DNA of 64,000 bases from Takakia lepidozioides (taxonomy: Eukaryota > Plantae > Bryophyta), in assembly GCA_030704615.1 (NCBI GenBank), contig CM060734.1, forward strand, positions 56,978,001-57,042,000, given 5' to 3'. The notes under the pieces are model-generated. The model worked only from the letters and a program-made list of their open reading frames with translations. It was not told the DNA's origin and searched no databases. Positions 62,574 through 64,000 of the stretch are shown here, piece after piece. Position numbers and translations under genes: made by a program. The first letter of the stretch is position 1, and each line of letters begins with the position of its first letter.

Positions 62574-64000
62574 TGCTGGAATCCTGCAAGGTCAAACTCT
62601 TATACATCAAATTCACATACCATCTGTATACTTCAAAGGAACACCACTCCTTGCACACGTCTACATTTTTCGGCCTTACAAGAGAAATGCATCGAAAATA
62701 TACTGCACCAATTCCTTGGAAGATGCAAATCATCATCAAAGCAATACCCATTGTGCTTTTGGCCTGGAGCTCCATGGTGTATATGAACATTACATCTATC
62801 ACCAGATTGTGTTCGACCTTCTATCATGTCAGCTACCTCTGCTTTCACCCAAGGAGGGGCTGACCAACACTCAATCCAAAGGACCTCCTTTGTGCACTTA
62901 TCTCTTAAGTCTGGTGATCTTGGACTTTCCTGTGGCAACCAGCTGAGAAACCTTAGATCAAATAGACACCCTTACAACCACCAAACCTCCAACCATTCCA
63001 AACAAGGTAAGAAAGACTGCTCACCTTATCAAACCTGTTGTCCCAGCACTGTAAGTAATATGAGAATAACTCCTGCCAGAGCATTTCTATCATTACTTGG
63101 GCTGCATGCAGAACTCCAAAACATGAGGAATCTCTCTCTCTATAGGCCCACCCCCCACCCCCTGTGCTGCCCTTTCGCAAGTACATTCACATGCATCACA
63201 TCGGTCGGATTGGGGAGTAGTGCGGCAGTGCTGAATATCCACAAACGATAGATAACATGATGCCTACACCTTTCCTTTATCAACATGTGATCGGATTGTT
63301 CGTTGTCTATGCTCGCGAGTTTGTGAGCGGAGTTTCCATACCATCGTCGATAGAAACTGTTAGAGAGTGTCGATATCCATGCTCTCTTCGGTAAAGTTAT
63401 GCCAAGTCCAACCGACCTCCTTTCTCTCTGAACTCATGTGTTCCAAACTACTCTGATTATAGATACAAAGTCTACCTCTATATATAACACTCAGAAGATT
63501 TTGGCTGGAGCTGAAAACACTATGAACACAACATAGCTGATTTGAACAATATCATCGACCATATCTGGAATTGGATCTGTGCCATGTGCTCAATATGCTG
63601 GAACATTCCAGTAGTGTCAGAAGCTAGATTAAGAGCTACCAGTCAAATGATTATTGTAGTTTAAAAAATGGTGTATAGCTGCCATTTCAGTGAGCTTTTC
63701 AGTGAAAGAACACATAACTAAATCTACCTATCTGAGAAAGTGCTGCATGTCACCTTTATAGAGAGGCGGAGGCTCCAAAGAATCCAGAGAGAACTGAAAT
63801 GTACAGTAGTAACAAAGGAATAACACCTCTGATATAACATTCACCCAGCAGAGATGAAAAATAAATCCAGCATTCCAGGTATCTAACAAGCAAGAAGAAG
63901 TGTTCTTCAGTTTCAATTTCCTGGTTGCGCCCTGTGCAAGCTGGACATAGGCGGTCCTCCCACTGCAGGTTTTCCCATCTGCCGGTCTCTATTCGTAGGC

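Overview
Eukaryotic nuclear DNA from a land plant, most likely a non-seed plant. This is inferred from GT-AG introns, a PLS-class PPR gene with a decayed DYW tail, KP4-like genes, piggyBac elements and a chromovirus. The first ~48 kb is a nest of mostly decayed transposons. It holds a Mutator-like transposase remnant back-to-back with an intron-containing N4/N6 DNA methyltransferase-like remnant and a RING remnant. Next comes a Ty3/Gypsy chromovirus whose long ORF carries two different Gag domains in frame. A complete TTAA-flanked piggyBac is inserted in the terminus of an older piggyBac and itself carries a CACTA insertion. A head-to-head inverted pair of fungal/viral-type KP4 killer-toxin-like genes sits among these elements. 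The last ~12 kb holds host genes: LOG (cytokinin activation, 7 exons), SWP73/BAF60 (2 exons) and the PPR gene. All assignments come from motif recognition by eye; no database searches were run.
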